Below are positions 29,973-39,755 of a stretch of 64,000 bases of DNA, piece after piece (the first letter of the stretch is position 1; each line of letters opens with the position of its first letter). Under the pieces are notes generated by a model. That model was not told the DNA's origin. It was given only the letters and a program-made list of their open reading frames with translations, and made no database searches. The stretch is from IMG/VR virus record IMGVR_UViG_3300007504_000006, positions 22,249 through 86,248 of that record; one strand, written 5' to 3'. The position numbers and the translations under genes were made by a program. This DNA comes from a virus.

Positions 29973-31109
29973 ATGGCAGACGCTTTTGAAGAACTATTAG
30001 GTGGAGACGTCCTGTCGGAAGATGTTAAAACTTCATTAACAGAGGCTTGGGAAGCAAAACTTTCCGAGGCTCGTGAGCAGATTACTAATGAAATCCGCGA
30101 AGAATTTGCAACTCGTTATACAAACGACAAGACGCAAATTGTTGAAGCAATGGATAATATGTTGACTGATGCTATTAAGCAAGAAGTCGAAGAATTTGCT
30201 CATGATAAAGGTGCATTAGTTGAGGCACGAGTTCAGTACAAACAAAAAATGCAAGAACACGCAGAAGTATTGGACAAGTTCTTAATGGATGCTCTTAAGA
30301 AGGAAATAACTGAACTTCGAGAGGATAGAAACACCCAAGGCGAAAACTTTAAAAAATTAGAAGGTTTTGTCTTGAAACAGTTAACAAAAGAGTTGAATGA
30401 ATTCCATAGCGATAAACAGGCTGTAGTAGAACAGAAGGTTAAACTCGTTACGGAAGGAAAACAACTTTTACGTAACACAAAAGCTAATTTTGTCAAGAAG
30501 GCCGCAGAAAAAGTAGAAAACATTGTTGAAAGTACACTTCGAGGAGAGATTGGTGCTTTGAAAGAAGATATCAAATCAGCCCGAGAAAATTCTTTCGGAA
30601 GAAAGATGTTTGAAGCATTTGCGGCAGAATTTATGACAAGTCACTTAGCTGAAGGGACAGAAGTTAAAAAACTGTCTCACAAACTTAAAGAGCTAGAGGG
30701 ACAACTTGAAGAGGCTAACGTACAAATTTCGTCAAAACAAGTAGAAATTTCCGAAGCTCAAAAACAGGCTCGTATTGCAGAAGGTAAGCAAGAACGAGAT
30801 AAAACTTTATCAGAATTGTTGACACCTCTTTCTAGAGATAAGAAAGAGATTATGGAAGATCTGTTATCTACAGTACAAACAGAAAATCTTAAAAAACAGT
30901 ATGAGAAATACTTACCAACAGTTCTTAATGAAAATGTTAAAAAAGAAGCAAAAAGTACCGCTTCTAAAAAGACATTAAAAGAAAATGTACAGCCAAAAGC
31001 TAGAACACAGAAAACTGTGATAACAGGTAATAAACCAGTTCATGTATCGCCGGAAACGACTGATGCACAGGCTGAGATTATTAACCTTAGAAAACTAGCA
31101 GGAATATAA
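29973..31109 (+). CDS. gp22: Prohead scaffolding protein
   Basis: Coiled-coil protein between the protease and the major capsid gene; C-terminal LRKLAGI. Confidence 0.8.
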   Translation: MADAFEELLGGDVLSEDVKTSLTEAWEAKLSEAREQITNEIREEFATRYTNDKTQIVEAMDNMLTDAIKQEVEEFAHDKGALVEARVQYKQKMQEHAEVLDKFLMDALKKEITELREDRNTQGENFKKLEGFVLKQLTKELNEFHSDKQAVVEQKVKLVTEGKQLLRNTKANFVKKAAEKVENIVESTLRGEIGALKEDIKSARENSFGRKMFEAFAAEFMTSHLAEGTEVKKLSHKLKELEGQLEEANVQISSKQVEISEAQKQARIAEGKQERDKTLSELLTPLSRDKKEIMEDLLSTVQTENLKKQYEKYLPTVLNENVKKEAKSTASKKTLKENVQPKARTQKTVITGNKPVHVSPETTDAQAEIINLRKLAGI

Positions 31110-31128
31110 TTTTTAAGGAGAATTAATT

Positions 31129-32298
31129 ATGGCAGACGCACTATTTGAGTCCAACTGGCAACCAACTAAGGACGCTCTGTGCGAAGGACTAGAAGGCAAC
31201 AAAAGAACAGTAATGGAAACCACATTAGAAAATACACGTCAAGCACTGATGGAGACAGCAGGAGCAGGCGCAACTAATGCAGGTAACGTTGCAACGTTAA
31301 ACAAAGTTATCCTTCCTGTTATCAGAAGGGTAATGCCTACTGTTATCGCAAACGAGCTAATTGGTGTACAGCCAATGACTGGTCCAGTAGGACAAATTCA
31401 TACTCTGCGTGTAAGATATGCAGATACAGATAATGGAGCAACCGCGGGTGAAGAAGCATTGAGCCCATTTAAGATTGCTAATTCATATTCTGGAGCACCA
31501 GGAACAAGTGCCGCTCCGAGCGCCACAGGCGTTATGGAGGGGATTCCCGGTAATAAAATGTCAATCCAAATCTTGAAGCAAACAGTTGAAGCGAAGACTC
31601 GCAGACTGTCCGCTCGTTGGACTTTTGAAGCATCTCAGGATGCCCAAAGCCAGCATGGTATTGATGTTGAGGCTGAAGTTATGGCCGCTCTTGCACAAGA
31701 GATTACTACAGAAATCGATCAAGAAATTATCGGTTCTTTAACAACTTTATCAGGAACAGCAGTTGACACATATGACCAATCCGCTGTTTCGGGTACAGCA
31801 ACTTTTGTTGGTGACGAACACGCCGCATTAGCAGTTCTGGTAAATAGAGCCGCTAATATTATCGCCGCACGTACACGTCGTGGCGCAGGTAACTGGGTAG
31901 TTGTTAGTCCATTAGCACTGACAATCCTTCAAAGTGCAACAACTTCTGCGTTCGCAAGAACAACTGAAGGTACTTTTGAAGCACCAACTAACACAAAATT
32001 TGTTGGAACTTTAAATAGTTCAGTTCGTGTTTATGTAAATCAGTATGCCGCTGATAGCGCCGCAGTACTGGTTGGTTATAAGGGCCCAGGTGAAATGGAT
32101 GCCGCAAGTTTTTATTGCCCATACATTCCGCTGATGAGCTCCGGGGTTGTACTTGATCCTAGTTCATTCGAACCAGTCGTTTCCTTTATGACACGATATG
32201 GTTATGTTGAGCTTTCGAACCAAGCTTCATCCTTGGGTAACGCCGCTGACTACTTGGCAAATATTGCCGTTACTAACGCAAACGTTAAGTTTCAGTAA
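31129..32298 (+). CDS. gp23: Major capsid protein
   Basis: VIRRVMP.VIANEL.GVQPMTGPVGQI, VEAKTRRLSARWT.E..QD, FYCPYIPL and FMTRYG motifs. Confidence 0.96.
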   Translation: MADALFESNWQPTKDALCEGLEGNKRTVMETTLENTRQALMETAGAGATNAGNVATLNKVILPVIRRVMPTVIANELIGVQPMTGPVGQIHTLRVRYADTDNGATAGEEALSPFKIANSYSGAPGTSAAPSATGVMEGIPGNKMSIQILKQTVEAKTRRLSARWTFEASQDAQSQHGIDVEAEVMAALAQEITTEIDQEIIGSLTTLSGTAVDTYDQSAVSGTATFVGDEHAALAVLVNRAANIIAARTRRGAGNWVVVSPLALTILQSATTSAFARTTEGTFEAPTNTKFVGTLNSSVRVYVNQYAADSAAVLVGYKGPGEMDAASFYCPYIPLMSSGVVLDPSSFEPVVSFMTRYGYVELSNQASSLGNAADYLANIAVTNANVKFQ

Positions 32299-32318
32299 AC
32301 CGTTACTTTATTGGTTAC

Positions 32319-32351
32319 AAAAGGGTATATTTTCGGATATACCCTTTTTTT
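32319..32351 (+). terminator. Rho-independent terminator after the major capsid gene
   Basis: AAAAGGGTATATT-TTCG-GATATACCCTTTT stem followed by a T tract. Confidence 0.85.
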
Positions 32352-32353
32352 AT

Positions 32354-32425
32354 GATAAATATTATTGCCCGAAAGGGTTTATGGGGTACACCCACCCCGT
32401 AGTTGGATAGAACCACAAAGGAGAA
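32354..32425 (+). promoter_or_regulatory. Late promoter plus structured 5' leader
   Basis: GATAAATA, then a GCCC-GAAA-GGGT hairpin and a TATGGGG/CCCCGTA hairpin before the AAGGAG RBS. Confidence 0.55.
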
Positions 32426-32429
32426 ACAA

Positions 32430-32822
32430 ATGGGAAGACCTATTAATAAAAGACACTTCGGTACCCCTGATTCGGGTCTCGATTTTAAATGTAGATATCA
32501 TCATGGATCATTATCTGATGGTTGGATTGTTAAACAAGTTGGCTCAAAACGTTTTAAGTGTACAAATAAAGCCGGCAACGAAAAAATTTGTACTTTAGTC
32601 GACAAAGCACAAGGATCATTAGCAGAAGGCGAAATGACTATTAGTGTTAAAGATAGTGCAGATAGTAATGCTATTAAGCGAGTAACAAAAATTACAGGTA
32701 GACGAGTTACATTATCAGGTGGAACTCAAATTCCTTGGGATTTTACTGGCACAGGAGCAACTGTTGAAATGGAAGAAGCCGGAACTGACTCTGACAATAC
32801 TGGCGGAGATAACTTCGAATAA
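32430..32822 (+). CDS. Hypothetical virion protein (MGRPINKRHFG...)
   Basis: Strong RBS at the 32430 ATG; has its own late promoter and terminator. Confidence 0.7.
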   Translation: MGRPINKRHFGTPDSGLDFKCRYHHGSLSDGWIVKQVGSKRFKCTNKAGNEKICTLVDKAQGSLAEGEMTISVKDSADSNAIKRVTKITGRRVTLSGGTQIPWDFTGTGATVEMEEAGTDSDNTGGDNFE

Positions 32823-32831
32823 TCTATTCTA

Positions 32832-32864
32832 AAATGGGGCATCCTTTGCCCCATTTCTCTTTTT
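32832..32864 (+). terminator. Rho-independent terminator
   Basis: AAATGGGGCA/TGCCCCATTT stem followed by a T-rich tail. Confidence 0.75.
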
Positions 32865-32923
32865 AATACCTTAATAAAATAAATTTCAAAGATAAATATT
32901 ATTAATGGAGTGTAGGATGAATA

Positions 32924-33346
32924 ATGGCTTTAAAAACTACCAGTTTAATTTCAGAAGAATCAGTAACAGCATCAAATCTTAAAACAACAAATGCGGCTAC
33001 AGCAGGTGATGCGGTAGCAACAGATGGTGCTGGAAATTTAGTTTTTAAAACATTACATGGTGCACAACCAACTGTAACATATAAAAATGCAGATTTTACA
33101 ATTACCGCTGGCGAAAATGTCCAAGTTGATACAAGAGCTAATCCTGTTAATATAACTTTACCAGCAAATCCAAATGTAGGAGATGCGGTTAGGATATCTG
33201 ATGGCGGAGGAAACTTTGCAAGTTTAAATGTTACAGTTTTACGCAATGGAAATACTATTATGGATTTAGGAGATGATTTATTAGTAGATTATAATAACGC
33301 ATCTTTTGGTTTATCTTATAATGGTTCCACTTGGAGAATATTTTAA
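32924..33346 (+). CDS. Small fibre-associated structural protein
   Basis: C-terminal VDT...ITLPA.P..GD.V.I.DGGGNFA...YNGSTWR domain shared with the 56331 and 53110 genes. Confidence 0.65.
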   Translation: MALKTTSLISEESVTASNLKTTNAATAGDAVATDGAGNLVFKTLHGAQPTVTYKNADFTITAGENVQVDTRANPVNITLPANPNVGDAVRISDGGGNFASLNVTVLRNGNTIMDLGDDLLVDYNNASFGLSYNGSTWRIF

Positions 33347-33786
33347 TGGCGATTTATCTTTCAGATTATTTAAGTCCCTCTGCAGGTTCAGTTACAGGTG
33401 GAGGTCAAGTTAACACAATATCTGACGAATATGCTTATCATGCATTTAAACGAGATGCAGATGGCTTGCTAACTTATACTAAAGTAAAATTAAATGGAAC
33501 AGAATCAATAGATCTTACTGATGATACAGGATTTGCATATAATGGTTTAGAAGATATGCTTGACGGTACATTAGACGATGGAACAACCCAAACTAATTCT
33601 CTTCCTGTAGGATATGAAGAAACAGGAAGAAATCAATGGGATACTAATATAGGTAATCGAAATCATGACCAATTTAGATTTGATAATTTAAAATTATTTT
33701 ATTATTTAAATAGTGGTGGTAAGTTAGTAGCAAGGTATAAACAAGATTATGTTTATGTATCAACAGGTGGATCAACAGCAGTTTAA
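33346..33786 (+). CDS. Hypothetical structural protein
   Basis: Coupled start at 33346; late cluster. Confidence 0.6.
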   Translation: MAIYLSDYLSPSAGSVTGGGQVNTISDEYAYHAFKRDADGLLTYTKVKLNGTESIDLTDDTGFAYNGLEDMLDGTLDDGTTQTNSLPVGYEETGRNQWDTNIGNRNHDQFRFDNLKLFYYLNSGGKLVARYKQDYVYVSTGGSTAV

Positions 33787-33846
33787 AGTATAATTTTAAT
33801 GGAAATTTTTGAATAAATATATTAAATCATATAAGGGATCACACTA

Positions 33847-36800
33847 ATGGCTGATTTTATTCTAGGACGATTAAAGTTCAAATGGAAAGGTGACTGGGTT
33901 ACCTCCACACAATATATTATAGATGATATTATTAAGTATGGAGCCAATACATATGTATGTATTGTTAATCATACTTCTGGTACTTTCTATACAGATTTAG
34001 ATTCTAATTCGTACTGGTCTTTGCATACTGAAAGTTTTGCTTATAATTCGAGCAGTACTGCATGGGCTTCAGGCACTGAATATAAAAATAATGACGTAGT
34101 ACGTTGGGGAGCGAATTTATATATTTGTAATGCTCATCATACTTCAGCCGCAGATTGGGCAACTAATTCAGCTAAATTTACTTTATTCGTACCAGGTTTA
34201 GAATTTGAAGATTCCTATAGTAATACTACACAATATCAAACAGGTGATGTTGTTACATATGGTGGATATACTTATACTGCAAAACAAGATTCAATAGGTA
34301 ATTTACCTACTGCTACTACATACTGGGATTTATTTACTACTGGATTTAATGTTAAAGGTGAATATAATGCAGGTACAGCATATAATCCAGGTGATGTAGT
34401 AACTAGAAATGGTTATGTATATGTAGCAAAAGTAGACACTACAGGTAATGCTCCTACAATCCAAGATACAGATTCTAATTCACCTACATACAATGAAACA
34501 ATTACAAATTCAGCTTATTGGGATTTAATTAATACAGGTTTTAAGTTCCAAGGAGATTGGTCCGGAGCATCAACTTATTATTTAGGTGATGTAGTAAAAG
34601 AAGGAAATAGTTCATATATTTGTGTAGATGAACACACAGGTGATGGTACCTCATCCTCTGCTACTAAACCTCCATCGGCTTATTGGGATACATTGGCGGC
34701 AGGTGATACAACTATTGTTATGAATACACCTGGTGACATAATGATTCGAACCTCTACTAATACAAAATTAAATGTAGGTAAAAAAGGTTGGAAATTACGA
34801 GCAGATGAAGGACAAAATTATCCTGTACATTGGGATCCAGATGATGAATCATATACATGGTATGTTGATCCTCATAAAGGATCGGATGAAGAAAATCTTA
34901 CCTACAGTCCCGGTGTAGTTTCAACAGGAAGTATGAGCACAGGCGAAGAATCAACTTGTACAAGAGACTTAGGATATGTGTTAGATGCTTCAAAATATGA
35001 TATGGCAATGGGCACAAACTATATGCAACATATAGTAGGTCATAGAATGCAATATGGTGTAAATGTAACAACCGGCGACAGATTAAGAGTATTAGGTGCT
35101 ATTGATCATGCAAAATTAGCAACCATTGATATTAATAGTGTTAAAAATGAAAATGCAATACTTCAAGAAGTTACCCAAGCATTTGATGAAGTTGTTGATA
35201 TTATAAACAATGGTCATGCCGCGGCAGATGCCGCATCGTTTCCAGCATTTGGAGCAAGCACAAATAAACAAAATGCAGTATTACAAATGCAAGCAAATAA
35301 AAATTTTATTGCCGCAGAAGTAAATGCATGGGTAGAAGATTATATTGGGGCCATGACAACACAAGAACAAGATTTATGTACAAGAGATTTAGGTTATGTT
35401 GTTAATGCCGCAAAAAATGATATGGCAATTGGCACAAATTATATGGCAGTTATTACTGGCATTAGATTTAACTATGGGTTATATACTACATCCTCAGATA
35501 AAGTAAGAGTTCAAGATGCTATTGATCATTCGCAAGCATCAATTAAAGCATTAACTAATGTATCCGGAGCGGCTGAAACCGCAATAGATGCCGCCTATGC
35601 AGAAATTAAAGATATTATAGATAATGGTAATTCTTCTGCTGATGCTTTAACTTTTCCAGATTTTAATACAGGTAGATCAGATTGGACAGATAGAAAAAAT
35701 GGTGGTTCCCAATTACAGGCAAATAAAGATTTTATTGCCGCAGATGTAAATGCATGGGTTACACAAAATTATCCATCTCATTTTGGTACATATGATGAAG
35801 CAAAATGTACAAGAGACTCAGGTTATCTTGTAGATGCTTTAACGTACGATTTAATGTATGGAGGTGATAGTGCAAGTGTAATAATGGCTAAGTCATTTTT
35901 TGATGGTGGAGTTTCACAATTAACAACTCCAACTGAAAGAAATGTAACTGTTTTAGCATATCAACATATGGCAACAATTGCAAGTGCTATTGTTCAAGAA
36001 ACAACAGTAACACCCCAAACAGGAAACAGCGAAACTCAAGATACAACTGGTACAGCCGCTACAGCCGCAGAAGGAACAATAGTTTCTAATTTAATGCAAA
36101 TTACAGAAGATGCAATTACTGCTAATAGTGCTTCAGGTATACCAGCGGCTACCTATCCAGATGTTGCAACCTCAACTCATATTACACCACATACAGATAT
36201 TACAACAGATCAAACAACAATTATATCTAATGCGGTGGCTTCAGTTGCGAGTAGTGCTGGTTATGTTCACGATGCATCAAAATGTACACGAGACACAAAA
36301 TATTTTGTTGATGCTATGTGTTATGATTTAATGTATGGAGGAGATTTTGGTACTCTAGTATCTGCTAAATCTTTTTTTGATGCTGGAGTTTCTCAAATAC
36401 CAGCAAATCATAGAGAAACAACAGGTTTAGCATATAATTATATGGCAGATGTATTTAAGTATTGTATAGAAAAAACTACAGCATGGAATCCGGAACAATC
36501 TGTAATAACTCAAGATACTTCAAACAATGCAGGAACAAGTGCAGAAACTACAATAGTAGATACAAATTTACAAGTTATAGAAGATGCAGTTAAAAATAAT
36601 ACTGCACCAACAGCATCAATAACATATCCTTCTATAGGAAATGCTTCTGCAAATAACACTACAGCATTTAATGATATAACATCAAGTCAAGCAACTATTA
36701 TATCAAATGCAGTGGCGGCAGTGGCGGCAGGACAAATAACAGGTGAAGGTATATCTGATTATGCAAGTGGTACAGCATATATTGCAGGTCATGTATGTCG

Positions 36801-39744
36801 ATGGGCTCCTCCGACATGGGCAAATGCAGGAACATACACATTAGGTGAATTGGTTGCTCACACAGATGCAACCCATCCAGCCGTAAATAAATCAAGATGG
36901 TATAAATGTATAGATGCTACAAATGCAGGTACAACTGCTCCATCGACAGGAGGTACTGTATCGGCTCCGTGGAAATTAATTGCACCATCAGATCCTATTA
37001 CACAAACAACAGCAGTAGATCCGAATAATGTTAATGTATATTATGGTAAAGATCGATTATATGGAAGAACGGATATTACAACTACTACTAATTTTGGTGG
37101 TAACGAAACAATGTATAAAGTATACATGGCCATAAAAGATAGATCAGGTGTTGAACCAATAAATGCAGAAACAGGAAAAATAAATGATGGTTGGCGGGAA
37201 GTATTAAATGGTTTAAAAGTTGATGTATATGGTCAGGTAACAGGTGTTATTACATGGGGTAAAAATCCAAGTGCGGCATTTAAAACAATTAGATATGCTT
37301 GTTCTAAAGCAAGATCTGGAGACCAAATTCAGGCGGCACCAGGAGTATATAAAGAGTTCTTACCAATAGTAATTCCTGCAGGTGTAGGTCTTCTAGGAAA
37401 AGAAATGCGTACAACTTTTGTTGAACCAAATATGGAAGACGACGGCGGGAACGGAGTTGGAGTATCTATGTTAGGAGCAGGGTATCCTAATAATGAAGTT
37501 GCTATGTTTTATTGTAATGATGCAGTAACAGTTAGAGGTTTTACATTTAGAGGATTAGGAGGAATGGTAAAAGGGGTAGGTAGTCCTCATGAAGAGCCTA
37601 TAGTTAAAGGTGTATGTTTTAGATTAGATCCTAATGGTGCAGTTAATCTTAAATCTCCATTTATTCAAAATGCAGTATCAATTTGTGATGGTGGTGGAGG
37701 AATATACTGTGATGGTCATGATGCTCCATATGGCAAATATGCAAGTTTTTGTACAAATGATTTTACTCAAATAAACTCAGATGGATTTGGATTATTTGCA
37801 ACAAACAAAGGAAGAATTGAAGCGGTATCAGTGTTTACATATTATTGTCATGTAGGATTTACAACAACTCATGGCGGTGTTATACGTGCCGCAAACTGTA
37901 ATAACTCATATGGAGAATATGGTTCAGTTTCTGAAGGTAACTTTGCAAATGAAACAAATTTAACTCAAAAAGTGGCATCTATAGATAATAGAACAGGTGA
38001 GGCCTTACCTTATAGAGTAGTTGTTGATGAAGTACAAGGCAAAGTTATACGAATGGAATTTCAATATGCAGGTGAAACATATACAAGTTCTCAAGTTGCA
38101 TTTGAAGCAGTTGGAGATAATGATGCAGGAACATCAGGAGCAGGTGGAGCGGCTACATTTACATCTACCCATGTTAACAATGGAATAATACGGATAACAG
38201 CATCAAATAATATATCAGCTCTTAATAGATATATCGGAAATGCTCAAACTGGAACAAATCCATCCTCAGGAACAGATGCTACTATTCAATTAACAGCAAC
38301 ATCTAATACAGTACCTGCGGCAAATTTTATAGGAATGACAGTTAATTGTTTAAGTGGTGCTGGAGCAGGACAATGGGGAATTATTAAATCTTATGATTTT
38401 GCCACAAAAATGGCAACAATAGATGGTGTGTGGACATCAATGACAGGTGATGCAACATCTGCACCAGATTATACTACTGTTTATGAAGTAGAACCTACTG
38501 TAGGTTTTACAGGTGGAGCGGCTCCGACTACAGTAGCAAAATTACGATGCCAAGTATCGAATGCGAGTACTGTAGAAGAAATTCTTATTATAGATCCAGG
38601 CCAAGGATATGATCCTACTAATATGCCTACTTTAACTATAACAGATCCAGGTGCAAATCAATCTGAAATAACTGGTTACAATGCTACAATGACTTTAGGT
38701 GATGGTGTACCAGTATGGACACGAACATCAGGCGGAGGAGGTTATCCAACAGGAATGACCCAAGGACAACTTACACCAGGAACAACAACAGCAACTATAG
38801 CAGGTGATGGATTTGCAGAAGTACCACAGGTAGGCGGTTATATGCAAGTAAAAGGGTTATATAGAGAACCTAAAGATGGATCAAATATGGAAATAGGAAG
38901 TGATCAAACATTTTATACCGTGGTTAATGTTGTAGGTTATACTAATGCTCAGGAAGGTACTCCAGTAGGTACTGCTAGAATTCAAATATCACCACAAATG
39001 ACAACTGCAAAAGCACATGTTCATGGTACTAGTGTTCAATTTAGAGAAGAATATTCTAGTTGTAGAATGACAGGTCATGACTTTTTAGATATTGGTACAG
39101 GAGATTTTACAACATCTAATTATCCAGGAATACCAACTCAAAATGCAGACCCATCCCACGAAGTTCAAGAACATTGTGGTGGAAGAGTATTTTTTACATC
39201 AACAGACCAAGATGGTAACTATAGTGTTGGAGGATTATTTTCAGTACAACAATCAACAGGACGAGCAACTCTTAATGCAGAAGATTTTTCATTAGCAGGA
39301 TTGAATGAATTAAAACTTGGTGCATTACAATTTTCAGGATATGGTGCAACAATTGATGAGTTTTCCACTGACGGAACGTTAAGTGGTAATTCAGATAGTG
39401 CATTAGTAACAGAAAAAGCAATTAAAACGTATATTACAACCCAATTAGGAGGTGGTGATAACCAATTAGAGGTAAATACTGCTACAGTAGGTAATGTTTA
39501 TATTGCTGGAACCACAGTTTCGACAAAAGCCGCATCAGGTCAAGATTTACAAATAACTTCCGATAGTGGAAAAGTTGTGTTTACTGGTGAACCACAATCA
39601 TCGGTGGCAGTAACAACTGATACTAGTTTAATTACAAAAACCTACTTTGAGGACAATTTTTTAACTCAAAATTTAGTTTCAGATATTATGGAAACTTTAG
39701 ATAATAATAGAGTAGCAGGAACAGCATCACCGGATACACCTTAA
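33847..39744 (+). CDS. 1965 aa virion structural/adhesin protein (carbohydrate-binding-like repeats, CTRD helical repeats, pectin-lyase-like beta-helix)
   Basis: W...T.Y...DVV.YGG..Y repeats, four CTRD repeats, FKTI..AC...APGVYKE, SPFIQN, NDFTQ, GHDFL.IGTG and EFSTDGT.SGNSD. Confidence 0.75.
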   Translation: MADFILGRLKFKWKGDWVTSTQYIIDDIIKYGANTYVCIVNHTSGTFYTDLDSNSYWSLHTESFAYNSSSTAWASGTEYKNNDVVRWGANLYICNAHHTSAADWATNSAKFTLFVPGLEFEDSYSNTTQYQTGDVVTYGGYTYTAKQDSIGNLPTATTYWDLFTTGFNVKGEYNAGTAYNPGDVVTRNGYVYVAKVDTTGNAPTIQDTDSNSPTYNETITNSAYWDLINTGFKFQGDWSGASTYYLGDVVKEGNSSYICVDEHTGDGTSSSATKPPSAYWDTLAAGDTTIVMNTPGDIMIRTSTNTKLNVGKKGWKLRADEGQNYPVHWDPDDESYTWYVDPHKGSDEENLTYSPGVVSTGSMSTGEESTCTRDLGYVLDASKYDMAMGTNYMQHIVGHRMQYGVNVTTGDRLRVLGAIDHAKLATIDINSVKNENAILQEVTQAFDEVVDIINNGHAAADAASFPAFGASTNKQNAVLQMQANKNFIAAEVNAWVEDYIGAMTTQEQDLCTRDLGYVVNAAKNDMAIGTNYMAVITGIRFNYGLYTTSSDKVRVQDAIDHSQASIKALTNVSGAAETAIDAAYAEIKDIIDNGNSSADALTFPDFNTGRSDWTDRKNGGSQLQANKDFIAADVNAWVTQNYPSHFGTYDEAKCTRDSGYLVDALTYDLMYGGDSASVIMAKSFFDGGVSQLTTPTERNVTVLAYQHMATIASAIVQETTVTPQTGNSETQDTTGTAATAAEGTIVSNLMQITEDAITANSASGIPAATYPDVATSTHITPHTDITTDQTTIISNAVASVASSAGYVHDASKCTRDTKYFVDAMCYDLMYGGDFGTLVSAKSFFDAGVSQIPANHRETTGLAYNYMADVFKYCIEKTTAWNPEQSVITQDTSNNAGTSAETTIVDTNLQVIEDAVKNNTAPTASITYPSIGNASANNTTAFNDITSSQATIISNAVAAVAAGQITGEGISDYASGTAYIAGHVCRWAPPTWANAGTYTLGELVAHTDATHPAVNKSRWYKCIDATNAGTTAPSTGGTVSAPWKLIAPSDPITQTTAVDPNNVNVYYGKDRLYGRTDITTTTNFGGNETMYKVYMAIKDRSGVEPINAETGKINDGWREVLNGLKVDVYGQVTGVITWGKNPSAAFKTIRYACSKARSGDQIQAAPGVYKEFLPIVIPAGVGLLGKEMRTTFVEPNMEDDGGNGVGVSMLGAGYPNNEVAMFYCNDAVTVRGFTFRGLGGMVKGVGSPHEEPIVKGVCFRLDPNGAVNLKSPFIQNAVSICDGGGGIYCDGHDAPYGKYASFCTNDFTQINSDGFGLFATNKGRIEAVSVFTYYCHVGFTTTHGGVIRAANCNNSYGEYGSVSEGNFANETNLTQKVASIDNRTGEALPYRVVVDEVQGKVIRMEFQYAGETYTSSQVAFEAVGDNDAGTSGAGGAATFTSTHVNNGIIRITASNNISALNRYIGNAQTGTNPSSGTDATIQLTATSNTVPAANFIGMTVNCLSGAGAGQWGIIKSYDFATKMATIDGVWTSMTGDATSAPDYTTVYEVEPTVGFTGGAAPTTVAKLRCQVSNASTVEEILIIDPGQGYDPTNMPTLTITDPGANQSEITGYNATMTLGDGVPVWTRTSGGGGYPTGMTQGQLTPGTTTATIAGDGFAEVPQVGGYMQVKGLYREPKDGSNMEIGSDQTFYTVVNVVGYTNAQEGTPVGTARIQISPQMTTAKAHVHGTSVQFREEYSSCRMTGHDFLDIGTGDFTTSNYPGIPTQNADPSHEVQEHCGGRVFFTSTDQDGNYSVGGLFSVQQSTGRATLNAEDFSLAGLNELKLGALQFSGYGATIDEFSTDGTLSGNSDSALVTEKAIKTYITTQLGGGDNQLEVNTATVGNVYIAGTTVSTKAASGQDLQITSDSGKVVFTGEPQSSVAVTTDTSLITKTYFEDNFLTQNLVSDIMETLDNNRVAGTASPDTP

Positions 39745-39755
39745 AAGGATAAATT

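Noticed and set aside
18350-32298. Inteins or introns in gp46, portal, protease or capsid genes
   Set aside because: Lengths and motif spacing are normal, with no intein splice motifs or LAGLIDADG/HNH inserts.
32365-32598. 77-aa ORF overlapping the structured leader
   Set aside because: Non-ATG start, no RBS, and it overlaps the well-supported 32430 gene in another frame.
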